This document shows, piece by piece, positions 1-8,880 of a DNA stretch of 64,000 nucleotides. The translations under genes and the position numbers were made by a program. Within the stretch, counting starts at the first letter, position 1; every line of letters starts with the position of its first letter. Where the stretch lies: the NCBI GenBank assembly GCA_012103575.1, contig WLWN01000001.1, positions 75,792 to 139,791 on the forward strand, given 5' to 3'. The notes under the pieces are model-generated. The model saw only the letters and a list, made by a program, of their open reading frames with translations. It did no database searches and had not been told where the DNA came from. The stretch comes from Kiritimatiellia bacterium. Its GTDB lineage: Bacteria; Verrucomicrobiota; Kiritimatiellia; WLWN01.

Positions 1-502
1 CGACTTCAATCACCCACAAATCAGGTGATCCAATTCGCACATTGCCCATATGTTTCTCATCCACCCAATTGACAATAGCCCCCCCATTGACTACAGATGG
101 GTTTTTATCCATATAAGATAAAGTCCACCCTACCAGTCCTGCTACAGTCGTCTTTCCCGCTGTACCAGCAATCGCAATCGTTTGTTTACCCTGCACAAGC
201 CGCGCAAGCATTTCTGCTCGATGAATAACGGGAACGCCTAATTGGCGAGCCGTGATCAAGTCAGGATTATCTTTTTCGATCGCTGTGCTAACAATTAGCC
301 CCAACGTTTCTTTCGTAAGACCGGAACCATTTTGAGGAACAAATCGAATCCCTGCGCATCTTAGTTTCTTAATAACCTCAAGATCGGCACCTTGATCATA
401 ATAACGATCAGAACCGGTTACCTCATATGGGTAAGCAACCAGCACTTGAGCCAATGCACTCATCCCTACACCCGCAACGCCTGTCAGATGGTAATGTTTC
501 AT
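1..502 (-). CDS. murC: UDP-N-acetylmuramate--L-alanine ligase MurC, N-terminal part (3' end outside window)
   Basis: Minus-strand frame open to window edge, ATG at 500-502; N-terminus MKHYHLTGVAGVGMSALAQVL and Mur-ligase P-loop GTAGKTT. Confidence 0.7.
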   Translation of the reverse strand, partial: MKHYHLTGVAGVGMSALAQVLVAYPYEVTGSDRYYDQGADLEVIKKLRCAGIRFVPQNGSGLTKETLGLIVSTAIEKDNPDLITARQLGVPVIHRAEMLARLVQGKQTIAIAGTAGKTTVAGLVGWTLSYMDKNPSVVNGGAIVNWVDEKHMGNVRIGSPDLWVIEV

Positions 503-621
503 TTTCACTAAGTTTACCGGATCTAGGTTGAAACGATTATTATTTGGAGCGCTGAAGTTTGTTGAAAAAACATAGCGGATTTCCACATTCCATCCCAACA
601 ACGAATAGCTAACCTTGAATA

Positions 622-1299
622 TCAAGCATTGCTATAAGGCCACCCCCCCCCTACAGCCAAATGCTCGGCAGACAGGCTCCCTTCAAAAAGACCTCCGGCT
701 TGAATATGAACCAAGCCGGATGCTTTAAGATTGGCTTTGAGGTTCCCATAAAGCTCAACGTTTCTATAGCAAGCCTTTTGTTTAAATATAACGTGGCCCC
801 CTCGCGCGACTCTCAGATCGCGCCCTTTAAAAAACTCTTCATCAATCGATACAGAGGCACCGATCTCAAGCCAGCGAGATGCAAATAATGTTCCGCCTTC
901 CACCTTTCCTTCAAGAATAATATCGGTAGCATTCAATGCTCCATCCTTTAGAATCCCTGAAGGCTGGATATGAATATTACCACCTGTTCTTATGGACTCA
1001 CACCATGGGCCGTCAATGGTATAATCTTTCATATCAAGTTCTACCTTACACTTTGGACAATGAATCTGGTCGACCCGTCCTGCAAACTGAAATTGATAGG
1101 TACACTCATAACACACCACATCATGTTTAGTAGGCATAACGGTATGCCCAATATGGCTTGCTACTGAGGGAACATTTTTTTTATTAGAAACGGAAGGTTC
1201 TGCAGATGTCTTGCCGGAACTTCTATCGTGCTGAACCGCACGTTGAGCAGCTTTTAAGGTCGTAAACCCATCAACAAGTCTAGCTTTCTCTTCTGCCAT
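622..1299 (-). CDS. bactofilin-like protein with N-terminal CxxC...CxxC zinc-ribbon
   Basis: ORF track 225 aa; CYEC...CPKC motif followed by bactofilin-like beta-helical repeats; C9 tract at 643-651 encodes GGG near C-terminus. Confidence 0.5.
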   Translation of the reverse strand: MAEEKARLVDGFTTLKAAQRAVQHDRSSGKTSAEPSVSNKKNVPSVASHIGHTVMPTKHDVVCYECTYQFQFAGRVDQIHCPKCKVELDMKDYTIDGPWCESIRTGGNIHIQPSGILKDGALNATDIILEGKVEGGTLFASRWLEIGASVSIDEEFFKGRDLRVARGGHVIFKQKACYRNVELYGNLKANLKASGLVHIQAGGLFEGSLSAEHLAVGGGWPYSNA

Positions 1300-1327
1300 G
1301 GGGAATGAGCGGTCCGTTATTCTTCAT

Positions 1328-1774
1328 CTAGCGTTTAGAAAATACGCCCGTCTTTGCACCTTTCCCTTCAGGGGCTGTATTATCCTCTTTGAGTTGATCG
1401 ACTCTATTCTTCGAAGTATTCGATCCACTACTTACAGAACTACCACTTGGGTTTACCTCTGATTTCCCGACAAACGTCACACCATCTTCAACCGCCAACC
1501 GTTTTGCTTTGATATCCCCCGTTACCCGAGCCGTGGATGTCATTTCTATACGATCCTTCGCTGTAATATTCCCATTAACCGTCCCAGAGATCGTAATCGA
1601 GTTAATTGCCAAGTTCCCTTTAATATTAGCGCTTTTCCCAATGGTCGCATCGCCACCACTCTCCAAATCCCCATTTAGCTTTCCATCAATTTGAATAGCT
1701 CCCGAGGTTTTTACAGTACCGGTAATTTCGGTTTCAGACGATATAACAGATTGTGAATTCATATGTTGCTCCAT
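1328..1774 (-). CDS. bactofilin family cytoskeletal protein
   Basis: 148 aa; repetitive G/I/T-rich beta-helix core (TGTVKTSGAIQIDGKLNGDLESGGDATIGKSANIKGNL) typical of bactofilin/CcmA. Confidence 0.65.
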   Translation of the reverse strand: MEQHMNSQSVISSETEITGTVKTSGAIQIDGKLNGDLESGGDATIGKSANIKGNLAINSITISGTVNGNITAKDRIEMTSTARVTGDIKAKRLAVEDGVTFVGKSEVNPSGSSVSSGSNTSKNRVDQLKEDNTAPEGKGAKTGVFSKR

Positions 1775-1902
1775 TCTTCGATCTCCTTACTTTTGTTATT
1801 TATATCTGAGAAATGAATTTGTTTTATATTCGAGTCTATCTCTCTTTTCAAAGGGCACCATGCTACGTCATGCTTTAAAAGAAAAGTCAAAATTTGCAAC
1901 TA

Positions 1903-2432
1903 GAACGCTTCACGATTGAGGTGTCGCGATGTAGCACGAAGAAAACCAGCCGATTACCTCGTCGGGAGAAACCTCTTCGGACGCTTGTGTGATCGCTTCA
2001 GATAGTTCCTGCTGACTGCGGGCTGTAAGGCTGCCCAACCGATTCTTTATCTTGCCCCACATTTTTTCAATGGGGTTGGAATCGGGGCTGTAGGGTGGAA
2101 GGAATCTTACATGGACCCCACATGACTCAATGAGTTCAATGACCTTGGGATTGTGATGGACGTGAAGATTGTCCATGATGACCGGGATGTTTGCCCCCCA
2201 GTTGAGCCAACGCCTTGAGCTGCTTTCCGCTGTAGAGGGCCTGACGATGCCCACGCGGTCGGGGAGCGGTCTGTCCGGTTTCGTTGAAACGAGAGAGCCC
2301 ACGCTGAAACGTTCTAAGATCTACACGATAAGAAGATGCGATATCGGCCTGGGAACCTTTGCCCATTTTGTAGGCATCTATCGCACGCCGCCGGATTTCT
2401 GCTAGCGAGGCATTTTCAATCGTTAAATGCTC
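1903..2432 (-). mobile_element. IS630-family element, internally deleted copy (TA-flanked)
   Basis: Ends GAGCATTTAACGATTGAAAATGCC and CCTCAATCGTGAAGCGTTC match the other copies; flanking TA at 1901-1902 and 2433-2434; transposase N- and C-terminal pieces joined by a ~420-bp deletion. Confidence 0.75.
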
Positions 2433-3216
2433 TAATGTGCGTGCCGCCGCCAAAAGGCGCGCTATTTTTAGTAATGGTACAATTCTCAGTTGAACCACCC
2501 CGCATTCCTCCACCATAAATGTTGGCAATGTTGTCGCTAATGATAGAGTTCCGAACAGGCCCAAAATGCGTACCTCCACCATAATTGGCGACGTTGCTGT
2601 ACAATACACGATTCTCAACAACAGCGTGAGCTGCCGCGCCACCATCAACACCCGCCTGATTACTAACAAGGCTACAGTGTTTCAATATTCCTCCATATGC
2701 GCCACCACCAGCAACATTAGCTCTATTGCCAACAATAAAGCAGTTGGAAATTATGGCACCCGGTTCACACCAAACGCCTCCACCAGAATCTTCTTTAACA
2801 ATATCCCTAAAATTTTGGGTAAACCCATTTGTCAGAGTGAATCCGATCAATTCTGCCCCGTTTATCATATAGGCACAGCGTACGGCATTCGAACCAAGAG
2901 GTCCTTGCCCTTCGATTACGGTAAACGCTGGTCCATTCACACTGCAAACGGTTATGGGTTTGGTAATGGCAATCCGGTTTGTTCCATAAGTGAAAACGGC
3001 AACACCCCCGGTTGAGTAGGTTCCGTTGGTGACCAGGACCGTATCCCCATTGGAAGCCACATCAATGGCCGATTGAATATCGGTAGCCGCAGTGGCCCAA
3101 CTGGTAAAAGGAGTCGTATGACTTCCTGAGAAGGACACATAGTTCGTCGCTCCCCAGATCACGGACGTTAGGCAAAAGAAAAAGATCGGAACTAAATACT
3201 GTTGTTTCTGCATCAT
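2416..3216 (-). CDS. secreted parallel beta-helix repeat protein (Pmp/autotransporter-passenger-like), 3' end interrupted by IS630
   Basis: 266 aa; N-terminal signal peptide, repeated GGG/GGA and N-rich beta-helix motifs; stop codon lies inside IS630 terminus. Confidence 0.5.
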   Translation of the reverse strand: MMQKQQYLVPIFFFCLTSVIWGATNYVSFSGSHTTPFTSWATAATDIQSAIDVASNGDTVLVTNGTYSTGGVAVFTYGTNRIAITKPITVCSVNGPAFTVIEGQGPLGSNAVRCAYMINGAELIGFTLTNGFTQNFRDIVKEDSGGGVWCEPGAIISNCFIVGNRANVAGGGAYGGILKHCSLVSNQAGVDGGAAAHAVVENRVLYSNVANYGGGTHFGPVRNSIISDNIANIYGGGMRGGSTENCTITKNSAPFGGGTHIRAFND

Positions 3217-3344
3217 TGGATCTCCTAGTTTAGTTTTTCACACAAAATTGGTATACTATTTTTGCTTCTATTCATACTAGAGTATTTAACGATTGAAATG
3301 CCTCGCTAGCAGAAGTCCGGCGGCGTGCGATAGATGCCTACAAA

Positions 3345-3707
3345 ATGGGCAAAGGTTCCCAGGCCGATATCGCATCTTCTTATCGTGTAGATCTTAGAAC
3401 GTTTCAGCGTGGGCTCTCTCGTTTCAACGAAACCGGACAGACCGCTCCCCGACCGCGTGGGCATCGCCAGGCCCTCTACAGCGGAAAGCAGCTCAAGGCG
3501 TTGGCTCAACTGGGGGGCAAACATCCCGATGCAACGCTTGAAGAACTCAAGAACATGAGCGGCGTGAAGGGGTCGATCATGGCCGTACAGCGGGCGTTGA
3601 ATCGGTTGGGCTGCCGGTATAAAAGAAACGCTTCACGCCAGCGAGCAAGACCGGGCGGATGTAAATCTCTTGAGAAAGCAGTGGATCCAAGAAGTGGCCA
3701 AACTTGA
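3345..3707 (+). CDS. IS630 transposase, N-terminal HTH part (orfA)
   Basis: 120 aa helix-turn-helix-like region; overlaps orfB by 38 nt suggesting frameshift expression or decay. Confidence 0.7.
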   Translation: MGKGSQADIASSYRVDLRTFQRGLSRFNETGQTAPRPRGHRQALYSGKQLKALAQLGGKHPDATLEELKNMSGVKGSIMAVQRALNRLGCRYKRNASRQRARPGGCKSLEKAVDPRSGQT

Positions 3708-4233
3708 TCCAAGTCGCCTTGTCTTTATTGATGAATCCGGGGCGAAAACGAATATGACTTGTCTGCGGGGCCGGGCGTTGGGCGGGAACAGGCTTTTTGC
3801 CAAAACGCCTCATGGACATTGGTGTACCACCGCCTTGATTTCTTCGGTCCGCCTGGACGGAACAACAGCGGCCATGGAGGGGGAGGGGGCGACAGAGACG
3901 GCTGTTTTTGGAGAATATATTCGCCGGGTTCTTCTCCCGACTCTTTCACCTGAAGACATCGTCATCATGGACAATCTTTGCGTCCATTACAATCCCAGGG
4001 TCATTGAACTCATTGAGTCATGTGGGGCCCATGTAAGATTCCTTCCACCCTACAGCCCCGATTCCAACCCCATTGAAAAAATGTGGGGCAAGATAAAGAA
4101 TCGGTTGGGCAGCCTTGCAGCCCGCAGTCATCAGGAACTATCTGAAGCGCTCACACAAGCGTTCGAAGAGGTTTCTCCCGACGAGGTAATCGGCTGGTTT
4201 TCTTCGTGCTACATCGCGACACCTCAATCGTGA
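3670..4233 (+). CDS. IS630 transposase, DDE catalytic part (orfB)
   Basis: 187 aa; DDE_3-type motif VIMDNLCVH...FLPPYSPDSNPIEKMWGKIK. Confidence 0.8.
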   Translation: MRKQWIQEVAKLDPSRLVFIDESGAKTNMTCLRGRALGGNRLFAKTPHGHWCTTALISSVRLDGTTAAMEGEGATETAVFGEYIRRVLLPTLSPEDIVIMDNLCVHYNPRVIELIESCGAHVRFLPPYSPDSNPIEKMWGKIKNRLGSLAARSHQELSEALTQAFEEVSPDEVIGWFSSCYIATPQS

Positions 4234-4459
4234 AGCGCTCTAATGCCAGGCGCTAAAGGAAGGAACGGCATTCATGTGAGAAAGTTCAAAACAGAGAGAA
4301 ACACGTGGGCACCCTGCAGGAGAGTTCAACGTTTCGCGTGAACACCCTGCACGGTTGCCATGAAGCAGAGCTTTTGATTTTTCCTTTTTTATACGAACAA
4401 TCCCTTTCCTATACCGGCTGCGCCATGAAGCGTGGTTCGCGCAGCGAAGCTCTGCTTCA

Positions 4460-4535
4460 TGGCACCCCCAACGGGAATCGAACCCGTGTTTCCGGGATGA
4501 GAACCCGACGTCCTAGTCCACTAGACGATGGGGGC
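4460..4535 (-). tRNA. tRNA-Glu (anticodon CUC)
   Basis: Cloverleaf folded by hand: acceptor GCCCCCA/TGGGGGT, T-arm ACGGG-TTCGATT-CCCGT, anticodon loop TTCTCAT, CCA encoded. Confidence 0.8.
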
Positions 4536-4705
4536 AGTTATAGCGCAGAGGTCAGTGATCAGATACCAAATCATTAAAGTCTTATGAGCCTTCTTCAAAA
4601 CTAGTAAGTCAGCCATTCCTGGCTGACATGTATCAGGCAAGAATGCCTGACGTACTAAGGTTTTTGAGGAGACTAACATACCGAAAATCTTTTACAAAAG
4701 CCTCT

Positions 4706-5710
4706 TTATAGATGGGGATTAACACGGTTCCACTCTGTTAATGACGGTAAGATACCCATTTCAATGACTTCGTCACGTAATTCTTTTAGATGTTCATACG
4801 AAGTGTTCAATGCTTCTAATTCTCTGTCTGTTCCCTTAGGGATTTGCCATGTCACACCCACATGGGTGAGTTCTGTTTCCATAGCCATCATAATCTTTTC
4901 AAATCCATGTTCAGGCGCATCCACATAAACGCCGCTTGGCCAAGGATATCCTTTTCCATCAATCACCGCTTTCACCATCAAAAGAGACTGGTGAGAAGGG
5001 CTTTGAAACGAACTGCGGCCCCGTAGCTGAATAATCTTTTTTCCGCCCTGACGGACATGTTGCTTGATCTCTTCCCATCTTTCTTCGGGTAGTTCCGAGG
5101 TCCCAATAAAGTCCACAAGCGGGGTACTGTTTACCTGTGCGGTGCTTGCAAATACCGCCATTTGCTCTCCATGTCCTCCATAGGTACGGCAATGGGTGAC
5201 TTGATCTTGTGCTATATCGAAATGCTGGGCTAAAGCGATTTGTAAGCGGGTACTGTCTAAGGCAGCGAGGGTGGCTATGCGTTTAGATGAAAGTCCTGAG
5301 TACAATAAAGTGACTAATCCTGTAATATCTGCAGGGTTAAAAATAATAACGCCAAACTTTAGGTCTGGGCAGTAAGCCTTAATATCTTTTCCTAGTTGAG
5401 CCGCGATTTCAGCATTTCCCTTGAGTAAATCTTCACGTGTCATCCCTTCCTTACGTGGGGCGCCACCTGAAGAAATCAAATAATCAGCGCTTTCTAGCGC
5501 TTCAGCGATGTCGGTTGTCCATGTGACATGTGAACCCGGAAACGCGCAGTGATATATTTCTTCGGCAGTTCCTTGAAGTCCCTTTTCAAAAGGATCATAC
5601 ATCGTTACCCGCGAAGTTACCCCAAGGGTTAATGCCGATTGAACCATATTGGAGCCAATCGCACCTGCGGCGCCCAGAATCACTAATTTGTCTTTACTTA
5701 AATAGTCCAT
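4706..5710 (-). CDS. mdh: malate dehydrogenase (NAD-dependent)
   Basis: 334 aa; LGAAGAIGS Rossmann motif, SGGAPRKEGMTREDLL, IFNPAD, LDSTRL, YGGHG blocks matching E. coli-type MDH. Confidence 0.85.
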   Translation of the reverse strand: MDYLSKDKLVILGAAGAIGSNMVQSALTLGVTSRVTMYDPFEKGLQGTAEEIYHCAFPGSHVTWTTDIAEALESADYLISSGGAPRKEGMTREDLLKGNAEIAAQLGKDIKAYCPDLKFGVIIFNPADITGLVTLLYSGLSSKRIATLAALDSTRLQIALAQHFDIAQDQVTHCRTYGGHGEQMAVFASTAQVNSTPLVDFIGTSELPEERWEEIKQHVRQGGKKIIQLRGRSSFQSPSHQSLLMVKAVIDGKGYPWPSGVYVDAPEHGFEKIMMAMETELTHVGVTWQIPKGTDRELEALNTSYEHLKELRDEVIEMGILPSLTEWNRVNPHL

Positions 5711-5884
5711 TACGCGTTTCCTTTCTTGTTAAAATGAAAAAGCTAAACGTTGCTAGGAGAAGTTTCAATGTTTACTTTTTTATATGGACACTATTTTACC
5801 TGCGTTGAGCGATAAGGCTAAAGGTTCTACTTGCATTTCAAAGCGGGTTGATTTACACACGTCAGGATCTGTTGATACAGCGAA

Positions 5885-8185
5885 ATGATAACCCAAGAGA
5901 AAAAAACACCCATGTATATAGAAAAAAACAGATTAGATTGGGAAGCACAACAAGCTAGAAATCACGAGCTTCTGAATGCTTCTAAATATATGCGTGAAAA
6001 AGTTATTTCAGAGGTTTTACCTTTTCACATTGATATGGAGAAAACAAAAACCCTCTCACAAGATCAGCTATATGTCTTGCAGGCAATGGGAATCGAAGCC
6101 GCACGAACGGCCATAGAAAGTGTAGGATCGCTTGCAAAGATTAATGAAGTGGACCATCTGGGTGGTGCGCTAGACCTCATTTCTTCCCTCCTCTTAACGC
6201 TTTCAATTACCGATTATAAAAAAACTGAATATACGATTGAGAATGCTCACACCAGTATTGGCTATTATGCGGCCTTATCCGTACTCGGTTACTTAGATCG
6301 AGAATGGGTCATTAATACCTTTCGCCGGGGATTAGATATTGCGGGTCATGTATCTTGGGTTCCAGGAGGCACACAACTAAATGGGGGTCGGCTAGGTGTT
6401 ATGGTTCCTATGGCTGTAGGACAGGCCCTTGGCAAAAGAGCGGTTTATGGTGAGGAGACATGGGTTGTTTGTCATTGTGGAGATGCAGGATGGATATCGG
6501 GTCAAGCGCTTAATGGCTTTAATGGGGCGGATCTGCACCGGGCGCCCATCACATTTGTGATGCAACGTAACGGCATTCAGCTTTCTGGATCCAATAAACA
6601 GATTATGGATAAAGATCCTCGGCCCATTATTGAATCGTTTGGAATAACCATTCTCGAAACGCCTAGTCTACACGAAGTGGACGTTTTATATAACGTGTAT
6701 AAAGAAGCGTATTCGCTAGCTCAACAAGGGCGGCCTTCCCTTATCTATCCAACTGGGTACGTGTCTTCTGATAATGAGTTGGTTGATCTCAATGTGTTTG
6801 GCAAACGATATAACGTTGAAAAAGAAGTAAAAGCTTTTGCGGAGACCCATCGTGTTTCTATGGATACCCCTATCTGGATCCCTGGTGCTCTCATGGGGTA
6901 TCGTGACGTCCCGGCAATGCTTGAGTGCTTATTTTTTACCAATGAGTTGCCCGGAGGGAAGGCACACCATGATGGACATCTTAAAGGACGTGATATGGAC
7001 GCGTTGCTAGCCAATCCCACGTTACAGATGTCCACAGAACAACAGACCGCATTAGACCGCCTTCGTTCTGTGCCCAGAAGAAAAGTTGAGACAAAGGCTC
7101 GTCCTGTTCCTGGAGCGAAAAACCTTGAATTGCCCCATTCTATCTTGTCTGAAATCAAATTGCCCGAAGCAGGCGAGCGAGTCAGTGCGAGGGTCGGGGT
7201 TGAAGCGGGATATGCCGCCGTGGCTGAAGCTTTTCCGGATCAAATGTTTGTCATTGGATGTGACTTGGACCCTTCTACTAAGTTAGGCAAAGCAAGCTCG
7301 CATCTAGATGTGAATCGCTGTTTCGAAATGAGTATTGAGGAGCAGGCCTCTGCGCTCATGGCCAGTGGGTTGGCCACAAGCCATGATGAGCCTCAACTCG
7401 TTGTCTTTTCGACCTTTGCTGCTTTTTTTGAGGGTATCGCACGTGAAGGATTGGAGGTGTGGCGTTATCAGCGAAATTTAAATGGCATGAACGAAGGTTT
7501 AAACGTGACGTTTCATATGTCCCATGTTGGCGCGTGTACGGGGCGCGACCATTTTTCGGGATGGGCGTTGGATTGGATAACCATGGCTATGGGTTACCTC
7601 CCCTATTTACACCGTTTTTATGCACCTGCAGATGCACGCTCAACGTTTATCGGAATAAGAGATTTAGCGGCACATTATGGCGCATATATTATGGGTGTTC
7701 CTAGAGATAACTTGCCGATTCTTGAAAAACAAGACGGCTCAGGTCCCCTCTGGGACGTTCATACTCCTTGGGAACCGATGACCCCGTTTCGAACCTATCC
7801 CAATGCCCAAAAGGCGATTTTGGCCTTTGGCGCGCCGGCGTTTCTCACCGATGAAGCGGCCCACGAACTTAATGAACAAGGAACACCTGTTGATGTATAC
7901 ATTGTTAATGGGCTCCCCTGTCCACTCCAAATATTGTCCGATATTTTTTCTCGATATCCAAAAGGTGTAGTGACCATTGAAGACGGGATTATAGCTACCC
8001 GAGAAATAGGGTTAAGAGGGTTTGCAGGGTTTATTGCAAGTGCTTCTTACTCGTCAAGTACGCCTACAGAACATATAGGTATTATTGATCCACGTCTGGC
8101 GCCCTCTGACGGTCACATGGAGGTATGGAAACACTTTGGCATTACGACAGAGGCCCTTGTAGAGACTGCTCTAAGCTTGGGGTAA
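5885..8185 (+). CDS. thiamine-diphosphate-dependent transketolase-like enzyme (divergent)
   Basis: 766 aa; ThDP-binding-like block CHCGDAGWISGQALNGFNGADLHRAPITFVMQRNGIQLSG; exact family uncertain. Confidence 0.45.
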   Translation: MITQEKKTPMYIEKNRLDWEAQQARNHELLNASKYMREKVISEVLPFHIDMEKTKTLSQDQLYVLQAMGIEAARTAIESVGSLAKINEVDHLGGALDLISSLLLTLSITDYKKTEYTIENAHTSIGYYAALSVLGYLDREWVINTFRRGLDIAGHVSWVPGGTQLNGGRLGVMVPMAVGQALGKRAVYGEETWVVCHCGDAGWISGQALNGFNGADLHRAPITFVMQRNGIQLSGSNKQIMDKDPRPIIESFGITILETPSLHEVDVLYNVYKEAYSLAQQGRPSLIYPTGYVSSDNELVDLNVFGKRYNVEKEVKAFAETHRVSMDTPIWIPGALMGYRDVPAMLECLFFTNELPGGKAHHDGHLKGRDMDALLANPTLQMSTEQQTALDRLRSVPRRKVETKARPVPGAKNLELPHSILSEIKLPEAGERVSARVGVEAGYAAVAEAFPDQMFVIGCDLDPSTKLGKASSHLDVNRCFEMSIEEQASALMASGLATSHDEPQLVVFSTFAAFFEGIAREGLEVWRYQRNLNGMNEGLNVTFHMSHVGACTGRDHFSGWALDWITMAMGYLPYLHRFYAPADARSTFIGIRDLAAHYGAYIMGVPRDNLPILEKQDGSGPLWDVHTPWEPMTPFRTYPNAQKAILAFGAPAFLTDEAAHELNEQGTPVDVYIVNGLPCPLQILSDIFSRYPKGVVTIEDGIIATREIGLRGFAGFIASASYSSSTPTEHIGIIDPRLAPSDGHMEVWKHFGITTEALVETALSLG

Positions 8186-8360
8186 GGGTGTTCAAAAAGG
8201 TAGTTGTACTGCGAGTAGGGCTGAACCTGTTCCATCACCAGATAGAAGGACTGCTACGAGTTCTTGTGAGATCCATGCCGCCATCAGTCCCTCATAAATG
8301 TGCAGGCCTTTATTCCTTTATCCAGACTATGGAATGACTTTTAACCCCGTTTTCCTGAGT

Positions 8361-8690
8361 GGTAGAGTAACAATACAAGTGCAAAGGTCCGCAGCATAGT
8401 TCATTCTTTGGGTATCTGACCCCCCCAAAGGAGAACATAGAATGCCACGAACCTACGAACATTTAAACCGTTATGAACGAGAAGTGATAGCCCAGATGCT
8501 AAAAGAAAAATATAGCTTATCTCAAATTGGCCATCGCCTGGGCCGATCCCCCTCGACTATTTGGTGCGAATTTCGCCGTAATCAAGTCCGTGGCCGCTAT
8601 TACCCAAGACACGCAAATGGCCTGGCTCAAAGCCGATTACAGCTAGCTCGAAAGCCTCAAAAAGTGATGGGAGCTAGCAAAGAATAAGTG
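8361..8690 (+). mobile_element. IS30-family element, truncated copy (left end and first 81 codons only)
   Basis: Left end GGTAGAGTAACAATACAAGTGCAAAGG identical to copies at 17149, 32309, 40160; transposase ORF 8442-8687 diverges from the full copy after residue ~80. Confidence 0.7.
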
Positions 8691-8880
8691 GACCTGAATC
8701 CGTCAGCTATCGCTTCGGAAGGCGTTTTGGGGCTCAAAAGTTGAAAATTTTTTCCTTGAGATGCTCGCTTTTGGGCGGATTGGGACCGGCAAGTATCACC
8801 CTGATGAATTTTTTGAGCGTACAGGTCAGATTCACTCTGATTTGACCATTTTGGGGCGTAGGCCTCCTTGGGCAGTCGCC

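Larger units (their letters stand above)
3280..4240 (+). mobile_element. IS630-family insertion sequence (most complete copy)
   Basis: Imperfect terminal inverted repeats GAGTATTTAACGATTGAAATGCC / GAGCGCTTCACGATTGAGGTGTC; TA at 3278-3279 and 4241-4242; two overlapping transposase ORFs. Confidence 0.8.

Noticed and set aside
2169-2405. Six-frame ORFs antisense to or overlapping IS630 copies (for example 2169-2405, 3306-3524, 3506-3712, 12644-12925, 46313-46537, 46652-46900)
   Set aside because: They are mirror-image or alternate-frame readings of the transposase sequence and recur identically in every IS copy; no independent coding support.
5885-8185. Phosphoketolase assignment for the 766-aa ThDP enzyme
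   Set aside because: Length is compatible, but the characteristic phosphoketolase N-terminal signature was not recognisable; left as transketolase-like.
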